64,000 bases of DNA, taken from contig JBGANV010000007.1 of NCBI GenBank assembly GCA_044222185.1, positions 1 through 64,000 of the forward strand. Direction: 5' to 3'. Made by a program: the position numbers and the translations under genes. Below are positions 36,701 through 45,824 of the stretch, piece by piece. The stretch comes from Planctomycetota bacterium (GTDB taxonomy: Bacteria > Planctomycetota > GCA-002687715 > CAIWVZ01). The notes beneath the pieces are model-generated. The model was not told the DNA's origin. It saw nothing but the letters and a program-made list of their open reading frames with translations, and searched no databases. How positions within the stretch are numbered: the first letter of the stretch is position 1; the number at the start of each line of letters is the position of its first letter.

Positions 36701-37403
36701 CCGCCTCACCGGTGGTGGATTCGACGTCGTGCACGCGACCGTGACGGCGTGCGGCACGGGTGTGAACGGAACCGGTTGGACGGGCAACGTGCGCAACTCG
36801 ATCGCGTGGGGCAACACGACGAACTTCGCGGCCATTCCCCAGGCCCGCGTCTTCAACTCGGACGGCGCCTTCGCCGGCATCAACGGCAACCTGAACGTGG
36901 ATCCCCAGTTCGTCGCACCTGCGACGGGGGACTACCACCTCCAGGGCAGCTCGCCCTGCATTGGCAACGGTGACGTCGCCGTCGCCATCGCCACCGAGAA
37001 GGACTGGGACGAGCAGCCTCGCCTGATCGACTCCACGTTGAGCGGGACGGCAGCACCGGAGATGGGTGCCTTCGAGCGCCCGATCTGGCAGATGACCGTG
37101 AACGGCGTGTCGCGGCTCGGCGCGACCGTCACGTTCCAGGTGAACGGCGCACCGGGAACGTCGTTCTACGTGCTCGGAGCTCTGGATGGGTCGTTCTACC
37201 TCGGCAACTACGGGATGGGCCTCGCGGGGTTGAGCCCGCTGATCCTCGTCGCCCTTCCGGTCGGGACGCCGTTCTCCGTGACGATCCCGCAGGATCTCAA
37301 CCTCCTCGGCCTCATGGCGGGCATCCAGACGCTGACGGCGCTCGGCAGCAACCCGGCGCTCGGCAGCACGACGAACCTCTACCGCGCCGTCGTCCGGCCG
37401 TGA
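33726..37403 (+). CDS. Secreted right-handed beta-helix repeat protein with C-terminal domain
   Basis: Signal peptide ending LARG-Q. Five large repeats marked by FTSxxDDSxGGDTNxNG..W.G. NLNVDPQFV..DYHLQ.SSPCI..G (choice-of-anchor-Q-like). Tail IPQDLNLLG..IQTL..TN. Confidence 0.88.
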   Translation: MLDSFSRPTSQRHGRRCSVSMLSIATFLVAATLARGQAFTPISGTLFDGSGGPLLANTTYVVTGTITVPVGQTLTINSGAGVKFNSGLEMVVNGTLNVNGTAPAPVRFTSFRDDSVGGDTNGNGASSGGAADWRGLTFNSTATVTMTQASVRYGGSAFFPGIGNLGANMTLSNVTVGNCYDAGLSLNGQAATVSVSNCTFTANGGYAVQAARLDQLNGFTNNSASGNGVNTIRISVGTLAVNRTITAANCMNGAVFVDTSIQVSTGVTLTLQAGTAFKMNGGTGVTVDGTLITNGTAGSPVYFTSFPDDSVGGDTNNNGVSSGSPTQWLGVTLNSTASASSLTRLVTRYGGGSFFPGIRLSACNATLNACRIENFYDHGLNCSNNSLPTVTGCTFTGNGNVAVTGVQLQAIPGFTNNSASGNGGSFIQITDSTMTGSKTIIPANCMNGALVVNTPLSVPAGATLTMAAGTCMKYQSNYRFQIDGTLLVNGSSGTPVIMTSIQDDSAFGDTNNNGPSAGSPTQWAGVLFMSTSDASVIHGLEVRYTGASFLAGIELRDADIVLESSKVTSTYADGINLNAGGANATINASISNCTLTSCNGYAINNVALDAVPHLLNNTGSANGSTSVHVTVGTLAASTLTVGPANGMSGVLFFSDSLTVPAGRTLAMQAGLICKFSGGLNASITGTLLAAGTAASPIYFTSAQDDSVGGDTNGNGPSSGSPTNWQGIYFNTGSSGSLLTQVTTRFVGASFVAGAVFAGGSPTLYTCTFSDGFAAGLNFTDSSSRPTVVECHLVNNGGYAVDNVPVDALQGFANNYATGNHTDVIRVTNSTPVGDLFIGPQAGIAIFMAAGLSIPGGRSVDVLPGTIIKMGGGTGVDVTGSLDVRGTGYEPVVFTSYGDDSYGGDSNGNGPSTGSPTDWRGLTYTAGATASSVENVIIRNTGSGFFAALSLQSPNVSARAVRVERCFDHGITASALSGAGMNWVANACNNAGIRLTGGGFDVVHATVTACGTGVNGTGWTGNVRNSIAWGNTTNFAAIPQARVFNSDGAFAGINGNLNVDPQFVAPATGDYHLQGSSPCIGNGDVAVAIATEKDWDEQPRLIDSTLSGTAAPEMGAFERPIWQMTVNGVSRLGATVTFQVNGAPGTSFYVLGALDGSFYLGNYGMGLAGLSPLILVALPVGTPFSVTIPQDLNLLGLMAGIQTLTALGSNPALGSTTNLYRAVVRP

Positions 37404-37434
37404 TCGGCGACCGCGCGCGTCGCGCGCGACGTGT

Positions 37435-38346
37435 TCACGCGAACACGTCCGCGCGCGCCGCGGCGAAGATCGTGGCGACCGCGGGGTTCTTGATGCGGCG
37501 CTCGACCGAAATCCCGAAGAAGCGCTCCACGAGCTCGTCGCTCCGGCCGATGACCTTCAGCTTGTAGTGCTCCCGGACCTCGTCTTCCACGGCCGATGGC
37601 GCCGGGAAGACGCCCAGCCCGTCCTGGCCGAACGCCTTGATCAGCGCGCTGTCCTCGAACTCCGCGACGATCCGCGGGCGGATGCGATGTTCGACGAACC
37701 AGGGCTCGAGTGCTCGACGAAGCGCCGTGTTCTCCGTCGGTAGGAGGACGGGCGCGCCGTCGAGCGATCGCGGGAAGCGGTGGTCGAGCGATCGCGCCAA
37801 GGCCGCCGTCGCGAACCAGCTCACCCCGCATTCGCCGATCGCGTGGCTGAAGGCCTTCACCCGCGATCCCGCGGGCACCGGCGCGTCGCTGATCACCACG
37901 TCGAGCGTGTGCTGGGAGAGTTGCGCGAGCAGTGCGTCGGCTCGCGCCTCGTGGCAGATCACGCGAACCGACTCGGGCATCTTGAACACGGGCGCGAGCA
38001 GGCGACGCACGACCAGTTTCGGGACCACGTCGTCGATGCCGACGCGCAGCCGGATCGGCCGCCCCGTCGGGCGCGAGGTCACCGTGTCGACGAGTTCACG
38101 ACCGAGGGCGAAGATCTCGTCGGCGTACTGGAAGACGACCTGACCGACCTCGGTGAGCTGGAGGTGGCGGCCGACGCGGTTCACGAGTCGCTCACCGAAG
38201 CTCGTCTCCAGCTCGCGCACCTGCCCACTGATCGTGGGGTGGGTGAGGTGGAGCCGCTTCGCGGCCTTGGCGATCGAGCCCTCGCGAGCGACGGTCCAGA
38301 AGTAGAGGAGGTGGTGATAGTTCAACCAGTCGGCGGCAGTTGGCAT
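37435..38346 (-). CDS. nhaR: LysR-family transcriptional activator, NhaR type
   Basis: WLNYHHLLYFWTVAREGSIAKAA..LHLT.PTISGQV, YADEIFALG.EL, AEFEDSALIKAFG..G.G, ISVERRIKNPAV. Confidence 0.9.
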   Translation of the reverse strand: MPTAADWLNYHHLLYFWTVAREGSIAKAAKRLHLTHPTISGQVRELETSFGERLVNRVGRHLQLTEVGQVVFQYADEIFALGRELVDTVTSRPTGRPIRLRVGIDDVVPKLVVRRLLAPVFKMPESVRVICHEARADALLAQLSQHTLDVVISDAPVPAGSRVKAFSHAIGECGVSWFATAALARSLDHRFPRSLDGAPVLLPTENTALRRALEPWFVEHRIRPRIVAEFEDSALIKAFGQDGLGVFPAPSAVEDEVREHYKLKVIGRSDELVERFFGISVERRIKNPAVATIFAAARADVFA

Positions 38347-38383
38347 GTAGGTTTTCCCGTCAGTATGCGACGAAAGTATCAGA

Positions 38384-38412
38384 TTGCCTAGGCCATGCCG
38401 ACGGCCGATACT
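38384..38412 (+). promoter_or_regulatory. Putative sigma70 promoter of the terC-family gene
   Basis: TTGCCT (38384-89), 17 nt, GATACT (38407-12) in the AT-richer nhaR/terC divergent spacer. GGAG SD before ATG 38436. Confidence 0.45.
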
Positions 38413-38435
38413 TCCGCCATCAACTGGAGCCTGTC

Positions 38436-39401
38436 ATGTCTGACGCGATCGATTCGATTGGTTCTCCGCTCGGCTGGGCCGGATTCATCGGCTTCGTCCT
38501 GCTTCTCCTCCTGCTCGATCTGGGCGTCTTCCATCGCAAGGCCCACGTCGTCGGGCTGAGGGAGGCTGCCGTCTGGAGCGGCATCTGGATCGCGCTCGCG
38601 GCGGTCTTCAACGTCGGAGTCTGGGCGTTGTTCGGGCCGGCGCGCGCCCTGGAGTTCGCCACGGGCTACGTCATCGAGAAGGCGTTGTCCGTGGACAACA
38701 TCTTCGTGTTCGTGGTGATCTTCTCGTACTTCGCCGTGCCCGCGATCTATCAGCACCGCGTCCTGTTCTGGGGCATCCTCGGGGCGCTCATCACGAGGGC
38801 GATCTTCATCCTCGTGGGTGGTGCGATCCTCGCGAAGTTCCACTGGATGATCTACGTGTTCGGGGGAATCCTCGCGGTCACCGGGATCAAGTTGCTGCTG
38901 CAGCGCGACGCGCACGTCGATCCGGCGAAGAACCCCGTGGTGCGGATCTTCAAGCGGTTCTTCCCCGTCTCGAACGACTACGACGGCGACCGGTTCATCA
39001 CGAAGACATCCGGCCGTCGCGTGGCGACTCCGCTCCTGCTCGCGCTTCTGGTCGTCGAGTTCACGGATCTCGTCTTCGCGGTCGACTCGATTCCGGCGAT
39101 CTTCGCCATCACGCGCGATCCGTTCATCGTGTTCACGTCCAACATCTTCGCGATCCTCGGGCTGCGCTCGCTGTACTTCCTGCTCGCGGGCGTCGTCCAC
39201 AAGTTCGTCTACCTGAAGGTGGGCCTTTCGGCCGTGCTCCTCTTCGTCGGCGTCAAGATGATGCTCCCCGAGACCTACAAGGTCCCGCCTGGGTGGTCGC
39301 TCCTCATCATCGCGCTGCTGCTCGGTTCGTCGATCGCGGCGTCGCTCCTCCGGACTCGCCGGATCGCGCCGCCGCAGATCGCCACGGCGCGCGACGGGTG
39401 A
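38436..39401 (+). CDS. TerC/Alx family integral membrane protein
   Basis: LLDLGVFHRKAH, GYVIEKALSVDNIFVF, QHRVLFWGILGA, EFTDLVFAVDSIPAIFAIT.DPFIVFTSNIFAILGLRSLYF. Confidence 0.93.
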   Translation: MSDAIDSIGSPLGWAGFIGFVLLLLLLDLGVFHRKAHVVGLREAAVWSGIWIALAAVFNVGVWALFGPARALEFATGYVIEKALSVDNIFVFVVIFSYFAVPAIYQHRVLFWGILGALITRAIFILVGGAILAKFHWMIYVFGGILAVTGIKLLLQRDAHVDPAKNPVVRIFKRFFPVSNDYDGDRFITKTSGRRVATPLLLALLVVEFTDLVFAVDSIPAIFAITRDPFIVFTSNIFAILGLRSLYFLLAGVVHKFVYLKVGLSAVLLFVGVKMMLPETYKVPPGWSLLIIALLLGSSIAASLLRTRRIAPPQIATARDG

Positions 39402-39418
39402 CGTGCACCCCACACGTC

Positions 39419-40995
39419 TCAGAGCTCGAGCAGCCAGATCGAGTCGGGCGCGTAACGGCTGAGCGTCGGTAGACGGCGAGCGGTCTCGGCGCGATCCAGA
39501 CGCCGGAGGTGCCCGAACTTCCCGAGGCCGCCGGCATCCGGCGCGCGCGCCGGCGCGACGATGAGGAAGACCACGCGCTGGCGCAGGCTCCCGACCTTCT
39601 TCAGATCGAAGACGTGCTGCACGTGGGCACACGGGTCGATCGAGGTCACCTCAGGCGCCATGTGGTGGCGCATGGCGAACGCCACCTGGCAGAAACGGAC
39701 GTCTGTGACGAGGACGTCGTCCTCGCTCTCGAGCAGGGCGTCGAACTCGCGCGCCAAATCGCGAAGGTCGGCTGTCTCACCGTTGGCAAGTTCGCGGCAG
39801 ATGGCCGGCGTGCAGAATGCCGTCACGAGGAGCAGGAACGCGGCCGGGGCGTACCGCGAGATGAGATCCGCGAGATGAGATCCCCTGTGATCAGCACCGC
39901 GCCCGGGAGGAGGTACCAGGTCCAATAATCGTGCTGCGCGGCGTGGCTGCGAAACACGACGATGTTCAGGATCCCCGGAACGAGGATGGCGAGTCCGACG
40001 GCGAGGCTGGTCGTCATGCGTCCGGCCGCAAAGAGGATCCCGACTGCTGTCGCGATCACCACAGGCCAGCTGAAGAAGCGGACGAGCATCTCGACCTGGC
40101 CCCCAAACCAGGCGCTCGCCGTCGACGACACGGCGGCGCCCGACGCGTCCCGCGCCGTCGTCGATGCGACGTCGAATCCTCGGACGAGGTACTCGCCGAC
40201 GTGCGCCAGGGAGAACGATCGCACCGCCTCGTGGCTCCCGTAGGCGGAGGCGACGGCCCGCTCGTCGATGTCGACGAAGAAGCCGTGGATGACGAGGACG
40301 ACGGCGACCGAGACCACGCTGACGATGGCCATCGCGAACACGCGCCCCCACCTGCGATCGGGCCGGGGCCGGAGGCATTCGAGGAGACACAAGGCGGGTA
40401 CGGTGAAATGTCCCTCCCAATCCATCTGGCCCGCGAGGAAGTGCGCGGCCAGCACCACCGAGTACAGCCGCGGGGGCCGGTCCCGCAGCGTCAGGTGCAG
40501 GAGGACCGTGAGGAGAATGAAGAAGAGCGTCGCCACCTCCGGGTTGCACATCCATCCGAAGACGAAACTCATCGGGAGGACGAGCCAGAGCGCCCCGACG
40601 ACGGTCACGCCGACACGCGTCATCGACCGTCCCGCGATGAGGACGAGGAGGCCGCCGGACAACGCGGAGAGCAAGATGGGCAGGACGCGGAAGCCCCGCT
40701 CGGTGAAGCCCACCCGCGCGACGACGGGGTAGGTCATCCAGAGGAACGCCGGGGGATGGTGTGCCCACACCACGCCGATCGGCGGATCCGTCGGCAGCGC
40801 GGCGAGGAGCGGCGTGCCGTGCGTCGCATCGAATCCGAAGCGGAGCCAATGCTTGATCGGCAACCCGGAGTAGTACAGGCCGTTTCCGGACGCGTGGTCT
40901 CGGCCGAACGGCCTGTCGATCACCGGGAGGTAGCGTGCGATGGCGAGGAGCGCCGTTGCGAGCGCGATCCATCGGACGAAGCCTCTGTGCCGCAT
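39419..40995 (-). pseudogene. GT-C fold (ArnT/PMT, GT39/83-like) membrane glycosyltransferase, frameshifted by a 14-bp duplication
   Basis: HHPP motif, G.TE...R.LP.L, multiple TMs, H...HDYW. The coding-like frame switches from ORF 39823-41271 to ORF 39419-40972 exactly at tandem CCGCGAGATGAGAT x2 (39854-39881). Confidence 0.75.
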
Positions 40996-41158
40996 GATCG
41001 GATCGAGAGCCAGTGAAGACCTCCAGTCGCCTGATGCCGGGTGCGGCGTCGGTACGGCGTGAGTATACGCGCGACTCGACGTTCCGGATGGACGAGTGCG
41101 GACTGCCGTCGGGGACCGAGCAGGCCCAGCGTCTCTCGGCACTGTTACAACGCGCCCC

Positions 41159-42049
41159 GTGAACGACGGAACGAACGACACTCCGGCCTGGGCGCCGCCT
41201 GCGGCGTTTGCCATCTGCAGCCTCGTGTGGGGGAGCACGTTCCTCGCGATCAGCTTCGGCAACGACGCCATCCCTCCGTTCTGGGGCGCGGCGCTGCGGC
41301 TGGGTGTGGCGGCGGTGCTGCTCGGCGTCTTGATGGTGATGACACGCCAGCCGTATCCGCGGGGCCGCGCCCTCGTCGCTGCGTGCGGGTTCGGGTTCCT
41401 GAACTTCGGTGCGAGTTTCTGCCTGCTCTACTGGGCGGAGCAGACCGTGCCGTCGAGCCTCGCCGCCGTCGTGTACGCGACGTTGCCCCTCACGACCGCT
41501 CTGCTGGCGCGGGCCGTCGGCCTGGAGAAGCTCGTTCCGAGGAAGATCCTGGGCGCGCTGGTCGCGATCGGCGGTGTCGTCGTCATCTTCCGCTCGCGGC
41601 TCAGCGGGTCACATCCGCTCGGGCCCATGCTCGCCGTGATCGGCGGGTCCGTCGCGGCGGCGTCCTCCGGCGTCGCTCTGAAACTCGGGCCGAGGCAGCA
41701 TCCACTCGGTGCAAACGCGGCGGGTGCCTGCGTGGGGTTCGTCGTTTGCGCCCTCGCGAGCGTGCTTGCCGGTGAGGCGCACCCGATTCCCTCGACCTGG
41801 CGCGCGGCGTTTCCGATCCTCTACCTGGCGACGGTCGGTTCCATCGGCGCGTTCGTGGTCTACGCCTGGCTCGTGAACCACTGGGAACTGACGAAGGTGA
41901 GCTTCATCTCCGTCGTCGTTCCCGTCGTGGCGACGACCCTCGGCGTGCTCTTTCGTGACGAGGCCCTCACACCCACGAGCCAGGCCGGCGCCGCCATCGT
42001 GCTCAGCGGCGTCGTCATCGCACTGTGGACTCCGCGACCGATGCGATAG
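41159..42049 (+). CDS. EamA/DMT family transporter
   Basis: LVWGSTFLAI, PPFWGAALR, AEQTVPSSLAA..ATLP, ILYLATVGS..AF..Y.WL, PVVA..LG....E; about 10 TMs. Confidence 0.92.
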   Translation: MNDGTNDTPAWAPPAAFAICSLVWGSTFLAISFGNDAIPPFWGAALRLGVAAVLLGVLMVMTRQPYPRGRALVAACGFGFLNFGASFCLLYWAEQTVPSSLAAVVYATLPLTTALLARAVGLEKLVPRKILGALVAIGGVVVIFRSRLSGSHPLGPMLAVIGGSVAAASSGVALKLGPRQHPLGANAAGACVGFVVCALASVLAGEAHPIPSTWRAAFPILYLATVGSIGAFVVYAWLVNHWELTKVSFISVVVPVVATTLGVLFRDEALTPTSQAGAAIVLSGVVIALWTPRPMR

Positions 42050-42920
42050 CCGGCAGCGATGAGGCCTGCGGCAACCTTCGCCGCGCGACGTGGTCTCGGA
42101 ACTGGAACGCGATGATCAGCCCGGCGCTCGCCGCGAGCCACCAGAACCCAGGTTCGGATCGCACGAGAGCATCGATCGCGTCCTCGCCAAGCGTCGAAAG
42201 CCGGCTCAAGAGCGGCGTGATCATCATCCACCCGGCAGACCACGCAGACGTCGCCAAGTGAACGAGCACGCGCGGAATCCGCGCCTGCCGTCGACTCGGA
42301 TCACGGAAGAAGACCAGCGTCGCCAACGCGCTGATCGCGACGATGACGCCGCCGAGGACACGCCACGGACCGGGAGGTCCCGACAGGAAGTCGAAGGTGA
42401 ACGAACCGACGAGCGCGGCACCGCCGAGAATCGCCGTGGCCAGGGCCGACTTCAGCGCAGCCTCGGCCCGCGTGAATCGCGACGATGCAACCCAGGCCTC
42501 CCGGACGGCGACGATCACGGGCGTGAGCGCCATGCAAGTGATCGTCATCGCGTGACCGTGGCCCGGGTGGAGGCCGGCGTGAGCTCGATAGGCGAACACA
42601 CCCCCGCAGCCGGCGGACCAGGCAAGCCACGGAAGCCTGCGTAGCCACAGAACACGCACGAGCGTCCGGCGTGAGACTCCCTGCAGGGCGCCGGCCTGCG
42701 ATGCCTGTCCGACCGCTCGCCCGACGGCGACCCACTGGGACCAGAGGAGCGCGGCCAGGAGTACGGTCCCGACCCACTCGACGAGTGACGCAGGAATCCG
42801 GCCCGGCGAAGGGACGACGATCGGGAGAACGGGCATTCCCCAAAGGAAGATGCGATCGGCGGCAACGCAGACGAGGGCCCATGAGCGGTGTTCCGGCGTC
42901 GTTCGCCCGTTCAGCATCAC
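42015..42920 (-). CDS. Hypothetical multi-pass membrane protein
   Basis: About 7-8 hydrophobic segments. Lies downstream of the M48 gene on the same strand. No family recognised. Confidence 0.55.
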   Translation of the reverse strand: MMLNGRTTPEHRSWALVCVAADRIFLWGMPVLPIVVPSPGRIPASLVEWVGTVLLAALLWSQWVAVGRAVGQASQAGALQGVSRRTLVRVLWLRRLPWLAWSAGCGGVFAYRAHAGLHPGHGHAMTITCMALTPVIVAVREAWVASSRFTRAEAALKSALATAILGGAALVGSFTFDFLSGPPGPWRVLGGVIVAISALATLVFFRDPSRRQARIPRVLVHLATSAWSAGWMMITPLLSRLSTLGEDAIDALVRSEPGFWWLAASAGLIIAFQFRDHVARRRLPQASSLPAIASVAESTVR

Positions 42921-42993
42921 ATTCCCGTCGTCGCTGCGCCGCGCGCGTCTCGCGTGACGTCACCGGATGTCTGCCATGGCGGCGGGATCGTGG

Positions 42994-44976
42994 TCATGCT
43001 GGAACGCGCCCTGGAGGAGACACCGCTTCCGATGCCGCGCCGTCGATCCGGTTGCCGAACTGCGCCTCGATCCGTCGCAACTCGGGGGCGAGCAGCGCAA
43101 CCGGGTGCTTCGCTACGGAATCACGTGCTGACGTACAGGCTTCGGCCGCAGCGGCGTGCGACTCGAACGCTACGGCGAAACGGGCGCGTGCCAGCGCCAC
43201 CCACACGTCGCCCGGGATCGTCCTCTCTGCGTCTTCGAGCAGGTCGCGAGCTCGCGGCCGGTCGCCCGAATCGGACGCGAGGCAGGATTCGAAGGCCGTC
43301 AACGCGCCGAACCGCGGATGCAGCGGACGCACGCGGCGGAGGATCGCGAGGGCCTCCGCCGGCTGTCCGAGGTTGCGATGCGCTCGGGCGCGCAGGAGAG
43401 CCACGACCGGCGAGTTCGGGAACCGGGCTTGAAGCGGCGCGGTGATCTCCAGAGCCATCGCTGGATCGGTGTCGAGGCGGAGGATCCCCTCGATCACGAC
43501 CGGTGCGTGGAACTTGGGGAACTCCTCGCGCAGCGCGGCCATCTCGGTGATCGCCGGCCCTGTTTCGCCGAGCACGGCGCGGGAAGCGGCGACGGTGTAG
43601 CGAACGCCCGGATCCCGACAGACGCGTTTCTTGCGGTGTTGCGCCTCGCGGACGACGCCCTCGAAGTCCGACGCGGTGAAGGACGCCAGGAGACGTTGGC
43701 GGCATCGAACGATCGGACGCGAGACGGCGCCGCCGACGAAACCGACGAGCAGGCAGATGAGCCCGATCAAGGAGAGGGCGAACCCGTCGAGCGACGGGCC
43801 ATTGACGATGGTCAGCGCGGTCACGATCACTCCGCCGAAGCCGAGCAGCGCTTCGATCCGCCCAGCCGGGTTCGGTGCGGAGAACAACCGGCGTGTCTCC
43901 TTCGTGAGGCTTCGGCCTGCGATGAGCAGCAGCGCGAGGCGCGCCATGGCCACGACACAGAAGAGCGCAACGGCCGTCGACGGAAACGGTCTGGCGAGCG
44001 CGACCGCCACGAAGAAGAGGGTCGTATGAACTCCGATTCCCCACCGCGCGAAGACCGTCTGTCGCCGTGCGACGTGGCTGCAATCCTCCATCGTCGCTCG
44101 CTCCGCGTCGGGCGCCGCCGCGCGGAGCCTCTCGTGACGAATGGCCGGATGAGGGTGCGTGGAGATGGTGTGGATCAACCGGATGGCCCAGGAGCCGCTC
44201 TCCGGCAGACCGATCGTGTGCGTCTTGTCCAGCGCCAGCGACATGCTGCGGTATCCGGCGACGCTGCCCGCCAGGAGGTCGCAGGCCACCTCGTCATGGC
44301 GGGACACGAACGTTCGCATCAGCGTCATGGCTGCCAGCATCGCGGCGATCCCACAAATCACATTCGACGCCACGGCGACGCCGAGACCGATGGCTGCGGC
44401 GGCCCCCGTCATCCACGCGAACGCGCGGAGAGTCCCGCGCGCGATGTGCGCCGTCTCGTGGGCAAGCATTGCATCGCGTTCGTCAGCGGTCAGACGATGA
44501 ACGATCCCGTCCGTGACGAGGATGGCCGGTGACTGCAGAGCGCAGGCGAAGGCCGCCACCGTCAGGGACGCGGACGGGCTGTTGCTCTGCAGCACGCGGG
44601 GCGTCGCGATCCCCATCGCCGTCGCCGTCCGCGCGACGGTCGCGAGAACGGCTGGCTCCTGGCACGGCGGGAGTGGTCGGTTGCGGTCGCCGGCGTGGCG
44701 CGGAAGGCGCAGCGCCATCGGCGCCAGCACCATGGTGACTGGCAGAATGGCGCCAATTTCCACCAGCGGGAAGCGTCCCAAGCTCCATGCGATGCCGGCG
44801 GCGACGAGCGGAACGAGCGCGCAAACCGTAGCGATCTCTGCTGCCACCAGCAGCAGGCGCGCCGTCGTGCCGCCGCACTGCTTCGTCGCCTGGCGTCCCG
44901 TAAGCCAGGCGATGACGAATTCGGCGGCCCACGTGATGGCCACGAGCGCGCTCCAGAATTCGAGACCTGCTCGCAT
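42994..44976 (-). CDS. M48 (HtpX/Ste24-like) membrane metalloprotease with C-terminal TPR region
   Basis: ILVTDG...L...E..AMLAHETAH (HExxH), SR..EV.CD, STHP....R..RL. Multiple TMs and a helical repeat C-terminus. GGAG SD before ATG 44976. Confidence 0.8.
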   Translation of the reverse strand: MRAGLEFWSALVAITWAAEFVIAWLTGRQATKQCGGTTARLLLVAAEIATVCALVPLVAAGIAWSLGRFPLVEIGAILPVTMVLAPMALRLPRHAGDRNRPLPPCQEPAVLATVARTATAMGIATPRVLQSNSPSASLTVAAFACALQSPAILVTDGIVHRLTADERDAMLAHETAHIARGTLRAFAWMTGAAAAIGLGVAVASNVICGIAAMLAAMTLMRTFVSRHDEVACDLLAGSVAGYRSMSLALDKTHTIGLPESGSWAIRLIHTISTHPHPAIRHERLRAAAPDAERATMEDCSHVARRQTVFARWGIGVHTTLFFVAVALARPFPSTAVALFCVVAMARLALLLIAGRSLTKETRRLFSAPNPAGRIEALLGFGGVIVTALTIVNGPSLDGFALSLIGLICLLVGFVGGAVSRPIVRCRQRLLASFTASDFEGVVREAQHRKKRVCRDPGVRYTVAASRAVLGETGPAITEMAALREEFPKFHAPVVIEGILRLDTDPAMALEITAPLQARFPNSPVVALLRARAHRNLGQPAEALAILRRVRPLHPRFGALTAFESCLASDSGDRPRARDLLEDAERTIPGDVWVALARARFAVAFESHAAAAEACTSARDSVAKHPVALLAPELRRIEAQFGNRIDGAASEAVSPPGRVPA

Positions 44977-45126
44977 CCGCACCCTCCGCTCCCCTGGACA
45001 GCGCCCGACGCCGACCGGGAGCCGGGGATCATACCGTGCGGTCACCGGCTCCGACTGTGCGGCTCGGCTTGGGCACTTGGGGCTCAATGATGATCGAGAG
45101 TCCCGTGGCCCGGTCTTCGACGACGG

Positions 45127-45612
45127 CGGAGCGCCGCGTCCACCGCCGTCTCGGCCGGCGTGGCATGGGGCCCGGTGCGAGATCACTGAGGGCTGCATGA
45201 TCATCGAACGTCCCGCAGCGGATCGACACCAGCGGGACCGGACGCCTCGGCTGCGCCTCGGTCGTCCGGCGATCCTGCCGCGCGCGCCGCCGCTGGCGCG
45301 GCGGGTCGCCCGGCGCTCCTCTGGGCAGACGGCGTTCCGCTGCGAGATCTCCTTCGGACCTCCGCGTTCGCTGGCGTGTCGTCGGAGCGCTGCGTCCACC
45401 GCCGTCTCGGCGGGGACCGGCAGGATCGCCGCGCGTCTCGCGCGGTCCGGCCGGCGTGGCATGGGGGTCGGTGCGGGATCACTGACATCGACGTGATCAT
45501 CGCGGGGCCCCTTGCGAATCGACGCCCGTTGGCCCGGGCGCCCTCGCTTCGCTCGGGTCGCCCGGCGATCCTGCCACTCGTCCTCGCTGACGCTCGGTTC
45601 GAGTGGCGCTCC
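45127..45612. repeat. Degenerate tandem copies of a second intergenic repeat family
   Basis: Units start CGGAGCGCyGCGTCCACCGCCGTCTCGGC at 45127 and 45383 and continue GGCGTGGCATGGGG..CGGTGCGrGATCACTGA..TGATCATCG..GGTCGyCCGGCGATCCTGCC..GGCGCTCC. Confidence 0.75.
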
Positions 45613-45824
45613 GTCGCGCCGCTCGCGCGACGCGATTCGGAGGGCGACGCGTTTCGAGAGGCGACGGCGCGCGCAACCGCGCGACGACGTTCGCGATCGG
45701 CCGCGGCTTGCGCGGAGAGCGCCGCGCGACTCGCGCGGCGCACCCGGCGAGGATCGGGGCCCGGTGCGAGATCAGCGAGTCGTGCGGGACGACCGCCTCC
45801 CGCGACCCGACGGGCACGAGTCGG

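Noticed and set aside
39419-39860. Separate small downstream gene in this frame
   Set aside because: It has no convincing start or SD, and it joins the upstream GT-C frame exactly once the 14-bp duplication is removed.
45000-45820. ORFs spanning this interval (45201-45743, 45376-45999, and the 5' extension of the M48 ORF)
   Set aside because: They translate degenerate palindromic repeats into low-complexity Arg/Pro/Ala sequence. The region is better explained as non-coding.
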